64,000 nucleotides of DNA, from the NCBI GenBank assembly GCA_016844925.1, contig JAERTI010000038.1:66936-130935 (forward strand), written 5' to 3'. Every line of letters starts with the position of its first letter. Positions within the stretch are counted from its first letter, which is position 1. The notes below the pieces were generated by a model. That model did not search any database. It had not been told where the DNA came from and saw nothing but the letters and a program-made list of their open reading frames with translations. The DNA comes from Candidatus Uhrbacteria bacterium (GTDB taxonomy: Bacteria > Patescibacteriota > Patescibacteriia > UBA9934 > GWF2-40-263). Below are positions 39,857 to 49,912 of the stretch, in pieces. The translations under genes were made by a program, and so were the position numbers.

Positions 39857-41209
39857 ATGTCAAAACAAGTTCGTTATTCAGTAAGAGGAACCACTTGTTC
39901 TAGCTGTGAGGTTCTTCTTGAGAGAGAAATCAAAAAGATCGAAGGAGTCCTACAGGTCTCGGCTAGTCACGCCGACGGATTCGTCGAGATGCATTTGTCT
40001 AAGTCCGCAGAGATTTCCGTCGAGGACCTCGATGCTCTTTTGGGTGAGCATGACTATCGATTCTCCGCCTGGGAGCCGCATGTTCATGAGCCATGGAATC
40101 TTAAGCGCATTGCCGCCGTTCTGCTGATCGCGGTTTCGGTTTGGTATGTTCTGGAGCAGTTTGGCTTTCTGGATATCACCCCAACGTTCGGTGGTGGCAC
40201 GGGTCTCTGGGCGATCTTCGTGATCGGCGTCGTGGCGTCGCTCTCATCTTGCACGGCCGTCTTGGCGGGACTCATCCTTGCGCTCAGCGCCAATCATGCA
40301 AAGCGCCACACGAGTGAGGGGACGCATGATCGCCTCAAGCCGCACATCATGTTTAACCTCGGCCGCGTGCTTGGATTTGCGGGGCTTGGTGCCGTTGTAG
40401 GAATGCTTGGTTCGATTCTGGTTTTGAGCCCATCGCTCAACGCCATCTTCGTACTGCTCGTGGCCGCTATGATGCTCATGATCGGCGCGAATCTTCTTGG
40501 TCTCATTCCGAAGGGGAAGTTTCAGGTGAAGCCTCCTAAGGCTCTTGCCCACAAGATTCATTCGCTCCAAGAGTCCGATCATCCTGCCGTGCCATTTGTC
40601 CTTGGTGCTCTGAGTTTCTTTCTGCCGTGTGGATTCACCCAGTCTGTTCAACTGTACGCGCTCTCGACAGGCAGTCCTGCGATGGCCGCGGCAATCATGT
40701 TGGTTTTTGCCCTGGGAACCGTTCCGGCGCTCTTTGGGATCGGTGCAGCAACATCGCTCTCAAAAGGAAAGACACTCAAGCGTGTCACGCAGGGTGCCGG
40801 AATTTTGGTTCTTGTCCTTGGCTTCGCTCAGGTTGCCAACGGAATGACGCTCTTAGGGGTCACGCTTCCAGAAGAAGTCACCGCAGAGCAGTTGGCGATT
40901 GCACAGGAGAGTCTGATACTGGTCGACGGCAAGCAGCTTATTCAAATGGAAGTTGCGAGTGCGGGTTTCTATCAACCAGAGGTGTTGCAGGTGGTCGCAG
41001 GGATTCCTGTTGAATGGGAGATCTACGGTCCGGAGTTCATGGGGTGTTTCGACACGCTCATCTCTCGAGGGCTTGGGATTCAGACACGGCTTAAGACGGG
41101 CGAGAACGTCGTTCGCTTTACCCCAGAGGAACCCGGGAAGTACATCTTCAGCTGTTCGATGGGGATGAGCCGGGGTACCATGATTGTGTTACCTAACGAG
41201 GGTGTATGA
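39857..41209 (+). CDS. HMA-domain / DsbD_2-like membrane protein with C-terminal cupredoxin-like domain
   Basis: N-terminal HMA CxxC (GTTCSSCEV). Six TM helices with Cys-containing segments. C-terminal [12 protein letters not shown] beta-rich domain. Coupled to copA. Confidence 0.6.
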   Translation: MSKQVRYSVRGTTCSSCEVLLEREIKKIEGVLQVSASHADGFVEMHLSKSAEISVEDLDALLGEHDYRFSAWEPHVHEPWNLKRIAAVLLIAVSVWYVLEQFGFLDITPTFGGGTGLWAIFVIGVVASLSSCTAVLAGLILALSANHAKRHTSEGTHDRLKPHIMFNLGRVLGFAGLGAVVGMLGSILVLSPSLNAIFVLLVAAMMLMIGANLLGLIPKGKFQVKPPKALAHKIHSLQESDHPAVPFVLGALSFFLPCGFTQSVQLYALSTGSPAMAAAIMLVFALGTVPALFGIGAATSLSKGKTLKRVTQGAGILVLVLGFAQVANGMTLLGVTLPEEVTAEQLAIAQESLILVDGKQLIQMEVASAGFYQPEVLQVVAGIPVEWEIYGPEFMGCFDTLISRGLGIQTRLKTGENVVRFTPEEPGKYIFSCSMGMSRGTMIVLPNEGV

Positions 41210-43305
41210 ACAAAACAACATTCAACATAACCGGCATGCACTGCGCGAGTTGCGCGGTGAACATTGAGGAAGCCTTCAAGAAGACGGAGGGAGTAAAAGA
41301 GGCGAATGTGAACTACGCCCTTGCTCAGGCGGCTGTAGAGTTTGATGCCCCTGTGAGTGAGGAGGCCCTGCATGGCATTGTCAAAGAGATGGGGTATGAG
41401 GTGAAGACGGCAGATGAGACTCTCGATCACGACGATCACGGTCATAAGGCATCTATGCGTTCATGGGTTGCCTTGGCTCTCGCTGTACCAACATTTGTGT
41501 TTGGCATGACAGGGAACCTGCCATGGGTGCAAGGAGTGCTGGCAACGATTGTGGTGCTTGGGCCTGGGATGGAGTTTCACAAGGCGACTTGGGCGCAGCT
41601 TAAGCGGCGCAAGGCAAATATGGATACGCTCATTACCATGGGAACGCTCGCGGCGCTGGCGTTCAGCTGGTGGCAGATTACCGTTGGTGGCGATATCTAT
41701 TTTGAGACGGCCGCGATTATTACCGCATTCATCTTGCTTGGACGTTTCTTTGAGGCGAGGGCCAAGGGGCGTGCAAGTGCGGCGATTTCTCGTTTGCTCG
41801 AGCTCGGAGCAAAGATGGCGCATCGAGTGATTGATGGAGAGACGATCGACGTTCCTGTCGAGACCCTCCAGGTGGGGGATCATGTGCTCATTAAACCAGG
41901 AGAGAAGGTGCCGCTTGATGGCGAGATTGTTTCTGGAAGCTCCTCGCTCGATGAGTCCATGCTGACAGGTGAGAGTGCGGCGGTAAGTAAGGGGCAAGGA
42001 GATTCAGTCTTTGGTGCGACGGTGAACCAACAGGGAGCGCTTACAGTTCGAGTCACAGCTATTGGTGGCGACACGGTGCTCTCACAGATCGTCCGGCTCG
42101 TGGAGCAGGCGCAGCAGCAGAAGGCGCCCGTGCAGAAGATGGTCGATAAGATCTCCGGAATTTTTGTGCCGATTGTGATTGGGATTGCCCTGGTGACGTT
42201 CATTGTCTGGTTCTTCCTGACGGGGGACCTCAACGCATCGTTCATTCCGGCTGTGGCCGTGCTGGTGATTGCGTGTCCATGTGCTCTGGGGCTCGCGACG
42301 CCGACAGCGATTCTTGTTGGAACCGGTCGTGGGGCCAAGGAGGGGATCTTGATTAAGTCTGGTGAGGCGCTGGAGCGAAATCGACATTTGGATGTAGTGC
42401 TCTTCGACAAGACGGGGACGCTCACGCAGGGGCGACCGCAGGTGACGGATGTAACGCTCGATAAAGATGGGCTTGCTATGGTCGCATCGCTCGAGTCTTC
42501 CTCAGAGCACCCGCTTGCTCAGGCAGTGGTTGCCTACGCGCGCGAACAGGGGGGCGCTGTGGCGACGCCGACGGATGTACGATCAGTCACAGGGAAAGGA
42601 GTCGAGGGAGGCGTAGATGGGAAGAACGTTCGTGTTGGATCACCAACGTGGATCGGGACGTTTGTCTCAACTGAATCGATCAGTGACCAGGTGGCGGCGC
42701 TCCAGGCACAAGCCAAGACGGTTGTGCTTGCGACAGCGGACGATCAGTTGCTCGGCACACTTGCGATCGCTGATGCCCCTCAAGAGCATGCGAAGGCTTC
42801 CGTTGAGGCGCTCAAGAACATGGGGCGCTCGGTGGTGATGGTGACAGGCGACAATAAAGCTACTGCGCAGGCGATCGCGACTGAGCTCGGGATTGAACAT
42901 GTGGAGGCTGAGGTACTGCCGGGGGAGAAACTAAACGTCGTGAAGCGTTGGCAGGATGAAGGGAAGCGTGTGGCATTTGTCGGCGACGGCATTAACGATG
43001 CACCGGCGCTCACACAAGCGGACTTAGGGATCGCAATGGGAACGGGAACGGATGTGGCGATCGAAGCAGGGCAGATTGTGCTCGTGGGTGGCGGTCCTGA
43101 GAAAGTGGTCTCGGGTATTAAGCTCGCGACAGCGACCTACAAGGGGATCAAACAGAACCTCTTCTGGGCGTTCTTCTACAATACGGTCGCGATTCCACTT
43201 GCTGCTGTTGGACTCTTGAACCCAATGATCGCCTCGGCAGCCATGGCATTCTCGTCTATTTCTGTGGTGTTGAACTCGCTGCGGATTCGACGCGTGAAAC
43301 TTTAG
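41206..43305 (+). CDS. copA: copper-translocating P1B-type ATPase
   Basis: N-terminal [14 protein letters not shown] motif in TM6 (ACPCALG). DKTGTLT and [10 protein letters not shown] are present. Confidence 0.92.
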   Translation: MNKTTFNITGMHCASCAVNIEEAFKKTEGVKEANVNYALAQAAVEFDAPVSEEALHGIVKEMGYEVKTADETLDHDDHGHKASMRSWVALALAVPTFVFGMTGNLPWVQGVLATIVVLGPGMEFHKATWAQLKRRKANMDTLITMGTLAALAFSWWQITVGGDIYFETAAIITAFILLGRFFEARAKGRASAAISRLLELGAKMAHRVIDGETIDVPVETLQVGDHVLIKPGEKVPLDGEIVSGSSSLDESMLTGESAAVSKGQGDSVFGATVNQQGALTVRVTAIGGDTVLSQIVRLVEQAQQQKAPVQKMVDKISGIFVPIVIGIALVTFIVWFFLTGDLNASFIPAVAVLVIACPCALGLATPTAILVGTGRGAKEGILIKSGEALERNRHLDVVLFDKTGTLTQGRPQVTDVTLDKDGLAMVASLESSSEHPLAQAVVAYAREQGGAVATPTDVRSVTGKGVEGGVDGKNVRVGSPTWIGTFVSTESISDQVAALQAQAKTVVLATADDQLLGTLAIADAPQEHAKASVEALKNMGRSVVMVTGDNKATAQAIATELGIEHVEAEVLPGEKLNVVKRWQDEGKRVAFVGDGINDAPALTQADLGIAMGTGTDVAIEAGQIVLVGGGPEKVVSGIKLATATYKGIKQNLFWAFFYNTVAIPLAAVGLLNPMIASAAMAFSSISVVLNSLRIRRVKL

Positions 43306-43349
43306 TCTTATGAAATAAAATCCCGGTGTCTTCCGGGTTTTTTGTTTGA

Positions 43350-43378
43350 AAATAAATACCCACCCAGCGTTGGGTGGG
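43350..43378 (-). terminator. rho-independent terminator (minus strand) with GGGTATTTATTT tail
   Basis: Reverse complement reads cccacccaacgctgggtgggtatttattt. Confidence 0.6.
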
Positions 43379-43395
43379 GGAGCGACATATTGTCG

Positions 43396-44136
43396 CTAGC
43401 TGACGATACGACGACGGCCGCACCAACCCTTCCAGGTGGCGCAGTCGGCGCCGCACAGGATGGCCTCCAGGACCAGGTTCACCTGGTCGAGGTTCTTGGC
43501 TTCCGGCAGGCAGATGTCCGTGAGGATCACCGAGTCGCCGTTGGTGGACAGGTGGTGGCGGACCGACACTTCGATCGGTTCCTGGTCGTCGATCTGCACT
43601 TCCCAGGCTCCTGCCTTCGGGCGCTGCTCTCCAGCGATGATGTCGAGCTTCACGTCCACGAGCTTCTCGGCGTGCTCTTCGGCCCAGGTGTCCACGAAGC
43701 CCTGAGAGCCGGTCTGACGAAGGCCGCTGCAGCGAATCGCCACCACACCTTCTTCACGCCAGAACTTGGGTTCGACCCGGGACTTGTTCCGTCCGTTGTA
43801 GGCGGACTTGAGAACGGGGTGGGTCTTGAGGGAGCCCATCCAGTTGGACACGCGCTTGTTCTTGACCCAGCCCTCGTCCGTGCGGACCATGGTGTGGCCT
43901 GCCTCCTCTTCGAAGGTTTTCAGGACTTCATCAGGACAGTTGTCCAGCTCATGCTGAGCTCTATCCGCCAGCGTCACGAAGATGTCCCTGGGGGACTCGC
44001 TGAAGGGAACGATCTCGGGGAGCTTGTCCGACTCGGCCAGGCCCGTGTTGGGCGTGCGCTGCTCCCACCGGTAGTAGGTGTAGGGCACCAGGCCGAGCTT
44101 CTCGAGCCCGATCACGATGGTGTACGACAGTTTCAT
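43396..44136 (-). CDS. hypothetical protein
   Basis: 246 aa, GC-rich. The C-terminus CGADCATWKGWCGRRR contains several Cys residues. Confidence 0.5.
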   Translation of the reverse strand: MKLSYTIVIGLEKLGLVPYTYYRWEQRTPNTGLAESDKLPEIVPFSESPRDIFVTLADRAQHELDNCPDEVLKTFEEEAGHTMVRTDEGWVKNKRVSNWMGSLKTHPVLKSAYNGRNKSRVEPKFWREEGVVAIRCSGLRQTGSQGFVDTWAEEHAEKLVDVKLDIIAGEQRPKAGAWEVQIDDQEPIEVSVRHHLSTNGDSVILTDICLPEAKNLDQVNLVLEAILCGADCATWKGWCGRRRIVS

Positions 44137-44292
44137 CTCTCACCTCTGTGTGCTGCACGCCAGAGTCCGGTGTAGCCCAGTAGCTCTTTTGTGTCAGCAG
44201 TGCGTCCGGAAAACATCTTCCGCGACGGCGTAAACGTAGGGAAAACCGTGGCGAGTGTCAATAGTTCGTGTCTTGTATAGGGCTCTGATTAT

Positions 44293-44326
44293 TGACAAAA
44301 GGCCTAAAAATGCCTATGGTGCTGGG
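44293..44326 (+). promoter_or_regulatory. sigma70-like promoter TTGACA-N17-TATGGT
   Basis: Near-consensus boxes about 55 nt upstream of the USP start. Confidence 0.55.
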
Positions 44327-44382
44327 TCTTTACGGCCGGAAAAGCTGGCCGTGAATACACGTTCTTCATACAAGGAGGGGTC

Positions 44383-45003
44383 ATGTTCGCAAGAGCGCTT
44401 GTCCCTGTGAGAGCCCAACAGTGGGTGCAAGGAGCCGCCGCCATGGCGCTTCAGATCGCTCTGGTGAGCGAAGAGTACGTCGAGTTGGGAGAGACCCAAG
44501 TCGATGCCGACACGGTGGTGCTCACCGGAGAGTTGCTGGGACGTTCAGACGTGCACCAGCTGCTGCCGTTCGAAGAGCGGGAGATCTGCCTGCGGGCGGA
44601 CCGGTGCATCTTCGTGCCGTTCGGGTCTCGTGAGTCTGGTGTGCGTGCTGCCGAGGTGGCACTGCCGCTGGCTAGGCATCTGGGGATGAAGGTCCTCTTC
44701 TACCACACCACGTGGCATCAGCCGGGACTGGACTCGTCCATTCCCGACGCGCACATGTGCGAGGACGCCAAGGGGATTCTCGAGCAGCTCAAGAAGATGG
44801 GGCACGAGGGCCAGGTGGCCTTCGAGTACCAGATCGAGCTGGCGGCGGACGTTCTCGAGGGCATCATCCTCGCGGCGCTGGTGCACAAGGCATCACTCAT
44901 CGTCACGGCTCGCGGCACCATGGTACGCATCGGCTCCTACGCCGAGCGTCTCTCTGGTGGCCCCGTACCCGTGCTCATCTGCGCGCAAGAGGAGGGAAGC
45001 TGA
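44383..45003 (+). CDS. universal stress protein (UspA family)
   Basis: C-terminal ...ASLIVTARGTMVRIGSYAERLSGGPVPVLIC USP ATP-binding motif. Confidence 0.65.
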   Translation: MFARALVPVRAQQWVQGAAAMALQIALVSEEYVELGETQVDADTVVLTGELLGRSDVHQLLPFEEREICLRADRCIFVPFGSRESGVRAAEVALPLARHLGMKVLFYHTTWHQPGLDSSIPDAHMCEDAKGILEQLKKMGHEGQVAFEYQIELAADVLEGIILAALVHKASLIVTARGTMVRIGSYAERLSGGPVPVLICAQEEGS

Positions 45004-46235
45004 TGAAACGCTTTTTCCACTCGCCCTACACCGTGATGGGTGTCGTGCTGGTCATGTACCTGATCAAGGTCACGGCCAAGCTCGGCATCGGCATGCGTGT
45101 TCATTCGCCGATGATCACCGGTGACGGCTGGCACAACGTGGCGGACATTTTCGAGGCCTTGATGGTCATCGGGGTGATCTTCTTCTCGCGCCTGCCGGCC
45201 TCCGACAGCTACCCGCTGGGTCGCAAGAACATCGAGAGTCTGTTCTCGGTGCTGGTGGGTGTCGGTCTGGCGCTCGCCGCGTGCAGCGTCATCTGGTCAT
45301 CCATCAGCGGCGCCATCGCCCTGAGTGCTGGGGCTCCTGCTGGTGTCCTGATCTCGTGGGAGTTCGCTCCCTGGGTCATGGGTGTCACGCTCGGTAGCGC
45401 CCTGCTGTCGATGGGTGTCTCGCGCTACCAGATCAAGATCGGACGCGATTCCGGGCACGAGGCCCTGGTCGCCGACGGTGAAGAAACCCGCAGCGACGGC
45501 CGCATCGAGCTGGCCACGTTCATCGGCGTGTGTGGGGAGTACTTCTTCCACTCGCCGTGGATCGAGTACCCGTTCGCGCTGATCGTTGCCTATCTCATGT
45601 TCAAGACGGCCTGGGAGATCTTCAACCGAGGCTGGGGCGCGCTGATGAAGCGTTCCATCGGCCTGGGGCACGAGCAGCAGATTCGGTTGCTGGTGGAGGA
45701 CCTGCCGGGGGTGGTCGAGGTCGACGAGATCAAGACTTTCCGGACCGGCAGCAAGGTCATTCTCATCCTCAAGGTGCTGACGCGCCAGGATTCGAGGATC
45801 AACCGTTTGCTGAAGAAGGCCATGGCGGTGCACATCGCTCAGTACCTGCGCAGCGAGGAGTTCGAGGACGGGGACTTCTTCATTCGGTTCGACGAGCCGG
45901 ACCCGGAGCGCTTCCGGCGGGCGGTGGCGGTGCACACGTACCGCGGCAATCTGGAGATCACGCGTGAGCTTGATACGGCTGATGCGGTGATGATCTGTGA
46001 CATCGAGCACGGGAGGGTGGTGCGTGCCACGCGGCACGAGTGCGATCTCTCGTACGACGACCGGATGGCTCGGGTGCACTGGTTCAGAGACCTGCTGGTT
46101 CAGAAGCGGGCGGTGGAGCTGGTGGTGTTCGAGGAGCGGACCGAGTTTGGTCTGATCGACGCTCACATGCTCAAGAGGTGTGGCATCAAGCTGACCAACG
46201 CGGCGGGGCGAGACCCTGTCATCTACGGGCTCTAG
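45003..46235 (+). CDS. cation diffusion facilitator (CDF) family efflux transporter with extended C-terminal domain
   Basis: The start overlaps the USP stop (TGATG). TM region with the CDF signature (HxxxD-like GDGWHNVADI, SRLPASDSYPLGRKNIE). About 410 aa. Confidence 0.7.
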   Translation: MKRFFHSPYTVMGVVLVMYLIKVTAKLGIGMRVHSPMITGDGWHNVADIFEALMVIGVIFFSRLPASDSYPLGRKNIESLFSVLVGVGLALAACSVIWSSISGAIALSAGAPAGVLISWEFAPWVMGVTLGSALLSMGVSRYQIKIGRDSGHEALVADGEETRSDGRIELATFIGVCGEYFFHSPWIEYPFALIVAYLMFKTAWEIFNRGWGALMKRSIGLGHEQQIRLLVEDLPGVVEVDEIKTFRTGSKVILILKVLTRQDSRINRLLKKAMAVHIAQYLRSEEFEDGDFFIRFDEPDPERFRRAVAVHTYRGNLEITRELDTADAVMICDIEHGRVVRATRHECDLSYDDRMARVHWFRDLLVQKRAVELVVFEERTEFGLIDAHMLKRCGIKLTNAAGRDPVIYGL

Positions 46236-46244
46236 ACGAGCTGT

Positions 46245-46274
46245 GCGATCCTTACGCAAAGGGTCGCTTTTTTG
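46245..46274 (+). terminator. rho-independent terminator
   Basis: gcgatccttacgcaaagggtcgcttttttg. Nearly identical to 53022-53049. Confidence 0.65.
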
Positions 46275-46280
46275 TTTCCC

Positions 46281-46310
46281 AAAATAAATACCCGCCATGC
46301 GTTGGCGGGG
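46281..46310 (-). terminator. rho-independent terminator (minus strand) with GGGTATTTATTTT tail
   Basis: Reverse complement reads ccccgccaacgcatggcgggtatttatttt. Confidence 0.6.
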
Positions 46311-46317
46311 TGTCGCT

Positions 46318-46785
46318 TCACTGGGTGAAGTGGCCGTCCATGTAGTTGTCCATGCAGATCTCACCTTCGGCGAGCAGACGGACGGTCTTTCGGGTGACGA
46401 GGATCTGCGGGGGGAACAGGTCGACAGCATCGTCCAGGAGGCAGTTCACGCTTTCGGCGGCGTCGGACTCTTCGACACGGAATCGCAGGCGCTTGTCGTC
46501 GTGGCGCATGTGATCCATGTGACGCTGAGCGGCGCGCAGGGCCATGGTGTCGTTGGGGAACTCGCCGTCGGCGTAACAGACGCGGATGTAGGTGGATCCA
46601 CGGATGAGATGCCAGCGGATGGTTGCCCAGTGAGTGGATTGGTCATCCAGGCCGGTGAGCTTGATGCTCATGGCGTGCACGCGTCGGACCAGCTTGAGCT
46701 TGGGTCGCGCGTTGCGTCGGGTTGATGGGCGGGGGGTTGACGTGGTGGGGACGAGGCCGAACAGGGCGGCAATGAGTCCTCTCAC
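46318..46785 (-). CDS. hypothetical protein
   Basis: 155-aa ORF, GC-rich. The true start may be an internal Met (MSIKLTG). Confidence 0.4.
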   Translation of the reverse strand: MRGLIAALFGLVPTTSTPRPSTRRNARPKLKLVRRVHAMSIKLTGLDDQSTHWATIRWHLIRGSTYIRVCYADGEFPNDTMALRAAQRHMDHMRHDDKRLRFRVEESDAAESVNCLLDDAVDLFPPQILVTRKTVRLLAEGEICMDNYMDGHFTQ

Positions 46786-46912
46786 GTGGTCTCCTTTCTT
46801 GCGCGGATGCGCAGGGTGTTGACCGTCTCAGGGCGAGACAGACGCCTCAACCTAATCGCTTTTTGTTGTTTTGTCAATGAAAAGCCCCCGCTTGCGTAGC
46901 GGGGGTTGCGTA

Positions 46913-47983
46913 CTAATCGCTCGAATCCAGGAGCGACTTCGTGCCGGCCGTGGGGCCGGGGAGGAGCGGGCGGGTGCCGGCTCCGGGGACGTGCAGCGGG
47001 TCGCTGGGCGTTCCCTTTCCAACCAGGGCGATGGACTTCATCACCGTGGCGACGTTGATGGTGCCGTGCTGGGTTGGCAGCTGGCGGCTCTTGAGCTGTC
47101 CGGTGAACAGGGCGAGCTGGCCGGTCATGGCGGCGATGGTGCCGAGCATGACGTCCACGATGCGCCGGGGATCGTTCAAGGGGACGATGGCCTCGGGGCT
47201 GGGGAGCATGCGCTCCCAGTACGGGCGGATGGCGTCGGCCTTGGCTCCGTAGTAGGCGCCGGTGTCGAACAAGATGGTGAAGAGGTTCATCCGGCGTGAG
47301 AGCAGGGTGAAGACGCTCTTGGCATCCATGAGGTCCGAGGGGACGTCCAGGTCCAGCCAGCGCCTCACCAGCGGGGCGCTGATGCGGTCGCAGCCGGCCT
47401 CGTCCGTGATGATCCAGGTGTAGACGTTGCGCGCCTGGCTCACATCCACCTGCTGGAGAAGGTAGTAGGCGACGAGCTCGGGGGTTTCCGAGCCCTGGCC
47501 TCCACCACCGCAGTTCATGTAGAAGGACGAGAGGATCTGGTCCAGTTCCTGTTCGCGGCCGAAGCGTGCGACCTGGACCGCGTGGCTGTCCGTGCGGGCG
47601 TCACCGAAGCAGATGAACAGGATCTCGAGGTCGTCGCTTCCCAGGTAGGTCACGGCTTCCTGCCACATCAGCGGCAGGCGCTTGAAGATCTCCTCGGGGT
47701 TGTCGCCCATCGAGCCCGTCACATCACAGGCGACGATCAAGACGTTGGCCGCCGTGGCGACCAGCTTGTGCGTGGCCGTGGGAATGGGCGTCGACGCGGT
47801 CTGCGTGAACGCCTTACGCGGCGGGGGCTTGGGGGCGCTGACCGGCGGCGTGTCCGGGCCGATCTTCTGTACGCGAGGATTCTTGTGCGCGGAGACCGCG
47901 CGAGAGAACCAGCCGCCAGTCTGCTGGCGCGTGGGGGGCGTGTTGTGCGAGTCGTTGCGGACCCAACCGAATGCTCCAGACAT
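46913..47983 (-). CDS. von Willebrand factor A (vWA) domain protein
   Basis: MIDAS-type LIVACDVTGSMGD. A Pro/Thr-rich linker lies N-terminal to the vWA fold. 356 aa. Confidence 0.7.
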   Translation of the reverse strand: MSGAFGWVRNDSHNTPPTRQQTGGWFSRAVSAHKNPRVQKIGPDTPPVSAPKPPPRKAFTQTASTPIPTATHKLVATAANVLIVACDVTGSMGDNPEEIFKRLPLMWQEAVTYLGSDDLEILFICFGDARTDSHAVQVARFGREQELDQILSSFYMNCGGGGQGSETPELVAYYLLQQVDVSQARNVYTWIITDEAGCDRISAPLVRRWLDLDVPSDLMDAKSVFTLLSRRMNLFTILFDTGAYYGAKADAIRPYWERMLPSPEAIVPLNDPRRIVDVMLGTIAAMTGQLALFTGQLKSRQLPTQHGTINVATVMKSIALVGKGTPSDPLHVPGAGTRPLLPGPTAGTKSLLDSSD

Positions 47984-47993
47984 GATGTACTCC

Positions 47994-48770
47994 TTAGCGA
48001 AGCTTGAAGGCTTCGCGGGTTGCTGTGCGGCCGAAGATGGTTTTACGGAGTCCGGCCAGCTCCTGGTTCAGTTTGCGTGCGTCCTGTGGGCGGGCCATGG
48101 GGTCGCGTCGGATCATCTTGGCGATGAAGGTGCTCAGCCGTGGATCCATGTCCTGCGGCAGCGCACCGTTCATCACATTGCCGCCACTAAGAGCAACGGC
48201 GGTCATCCCCAGCGAGAAGATGTCACTGGCGGGGATGGGCGGGAGTCCCTGCTGGAACTCTGGCGGGATGAAGTGCGGCGTGCCGCCCTTGGCTCGTGCG
48301 TCCGCTCCAGGGCCCACGATGGTCAGCCCGAAGTCCACCAGCACAGCGTTGTGCGTGGGGATGTCCAGGATGATGTTCGCTGGCTTGATGTCGCAGTGCA
48401 CGGCCCGCATGTAGTGCAGGTAGCTCAGGGCATCGAGCACACGCTGGAGGATCCAGCAGATGTGTTCATCGTGCACAGGGCCTTTGCGCTGCAGGACGTC
48501 CGCCAGACTTTCACCCTCGATGTAGGACATCACGGCCACCTGACCGAAGTCTGGATGCTCGAGGTAGTCCTTGAGGGTGGGGAGGCTGACGTGATGGATG
48601 CCCCAGAGGATCTTGGCTTCCTCGCGGAAGAGATCCATGTAGGCAGGGTCACCCGTCTTCTCTTGCTTGATGCAGACGGGTTCGCCCAGGAGCCTGTGCC
48701 GCCCGAGGAAGGTGCGTCCGAACGCTCCTTCTGAGATTTGGCGCTCGACTTGGTAGTTGCCGATCTTCAT
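47994..48770 (-). CDS. serine/threonine protein kinase (kinase domain only)
   Basis: GAFGRTF glycine loop, the VCIK lysine, catalytic HCDIKPANIIL, DFG and PPE motifs. 258 aa with no sensor or TM domain. Confidence 0.85.
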   Translation of the reverse strand: MKIGNYQVERQISEGAFGRTFLGRHRLLGEPVCIKQEKTGDPAYMDLFREEAKILWGIHHVSLPTLKDYLEHPDFGQVAVMSYIEGESLADVLQRKGPVHDEHICWILQRVLDALSYLHYMRAVHCDIKPANIILDIPTHNAVLVDFGLTIVGPGADARAKGGTPHFIPPEFQQGLPPIPASDIFSLGMTAVALSGGNVMNGALPQDMDPRLSTFIAKMIRRDPMARPQDARKLNQELAGLRKTIFGRTATREAFKLR

Positions 48771-49912
48771 GCCTTCTCCAGGGTGAAGAGGGTTTTGAGG
48801 GTTTCTGCCAGACGGTTGAGGCCGCGGGCGCTGCGATCAGGGTCGAGGTCGTTCAGGTAGTGAATGACGTGACCGTGACTGTGGCGCTCGGCAGTTGCCT
48901 GCAGTGTTTCGATCTTGCGCTGCGCGCTCCACTGGTGCTTGCCAATGCGCTTGAGCGTTGTGGCGTCGATCTTGCGCTTGTCTGCGAGAGCCTCTCGGTC
49001 CGTGGCTTCCACCACGATGGCGTTGCCGCTCACCATGGCGCTCATGTTCATCTCGGCAAGCTGCGCCCACTCCACGATCACCAGTCCCTTGGCCTGCGCG
49101 AGTGCCTTGCGGTACAAGCGCATGACGTGAGGGGTGGTGAGGGCGTGGATCTGCGTACGCGTCTCGTCCGGGCAGTGAGGATCGAACAGGCGCGTCTTGA
49201 GCGCGTCCCGGTCGACTTCCTTGCCGTCAGCCGTCAGGACATCTGGGCCCAGGAGGGTGGCGAGGGTATCGCGGACCTTCTGTGCACCAGGAGTCGCCTC
49301 GACGTAGAGGTCGCGAATGAGCTGGTCGAAGTTGATATGCGTGGCGCCGAGGCGCGTTGCGAGCTCACCTGCGACGTAGCTCTTGCCGCTGGCCATCTCG
49401 CCGGTGATGCCGATGAGATGCCTGCCGAGCAGACGCTCTTCCAGCGCCGCCTTCACGAAGAGGGGGACGAAGGGAGAGATGTCGACATGGTGGCAGGTGA
49501 GAGCCTTCACGAGTGAGCTCGAGATTTCGCGGAGTTCCTGCCGCGCTGGCAGGAACTCGACAAGCTCAGAGAAGCCGGGGAGCAGGAGGTCGTGGTAGGC
49601 CATCTGCTGGGCTTCGTACGCCTGGTCCGTCTCGTTGCGGATGCCGCGGAAGACGCGGTCGCAGCCGTGCTGAATGAACGCATCGACCAGCAGGCCGGTG
49701 GAGGAGTGAACCTCGACGTTCTTGAGATGCTCCAGGGCGCGTCGCGTCATGGCGACACGCTCGCTCAGCGTGAAGGTGTAGCGGCCGCGCTTGGCATCGT
49801 TGTCAGCGATGAGCACGATCAGGGTGTCGCAGCGTGAGGCTGCACGAGTGATCAGATCAATATGGCCGAAGGTGATGGGATCGGCCGAGAGGGGAAGCAG
49901 TCCTGTGGTCAT
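48767..49912 (-). CDS. coaDE: fused phosphopantetheine adenylyltransferase / dephospho-CoA kinase (CoaD-CoaE)
   Basis: The N-terminal 160 aa align with CoaD (LLPLSADPITFGHIDLITRA, ISSSLVK). The C-terminal half aligns with CoaE (IGITGEMASGKSYVAGELATRLGA). The stop overlaps the kinase start by 4 nt. Confidence 0.8.
   Translation of the reverse strand: MTTGLLPLSADPITFGHIDLITRAASRCDTLIVLIADNDAKRGRYTFTLSERVAMTRRALEHLKNVEVHSSTGLLVDAFIQHGCDRVFRGIRNETDQAYEAQQMAYHDLLLPGFSELVEFLPARQELREISSSLVKALTCHHVDISPFVPLFVKAALEERLLGRHLIGITGEMASGKSYVAGELATRLGATHINFDQLIRDLYVEATPGAQKVRDTLATLLGPDVLTADGKEVDRDALKTRLFDPHCPDETRTQIHALTTPHVMRLYRKALAQAKGLVIVEWAQLAEMNMSAMVSGNAIVVEATDREALADKRKIDATTLKRIGKHQWSAQRKIETLQATAERHSHGHVIHYLNDLDPDRSARGLNRLAETLKTLFTLEKA

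Noticed and set aside
44327-44382. czcD/NiCo-type riboswitch in the 5' leader of the USP-CDF operon
   Set aside because: The leader from the predicted -10 to the ATG is only about 50 nt, and the first gene is the USP. This is too short for that riboswitch class.
45297-46430. 377-aa ORF antisense to the CDF transporter
   Set aside because: Shadow frame. Its product is Arg/Pro-rich with no motifs. The sense frame encodes a clear CDF signature.
47682-48734. 350-aa plus-strand ORF over the kinase gene
   Set aside because: Antisense shadow. The minus-strand frame has the complete Ser/Thr kinase catalytic motif set.
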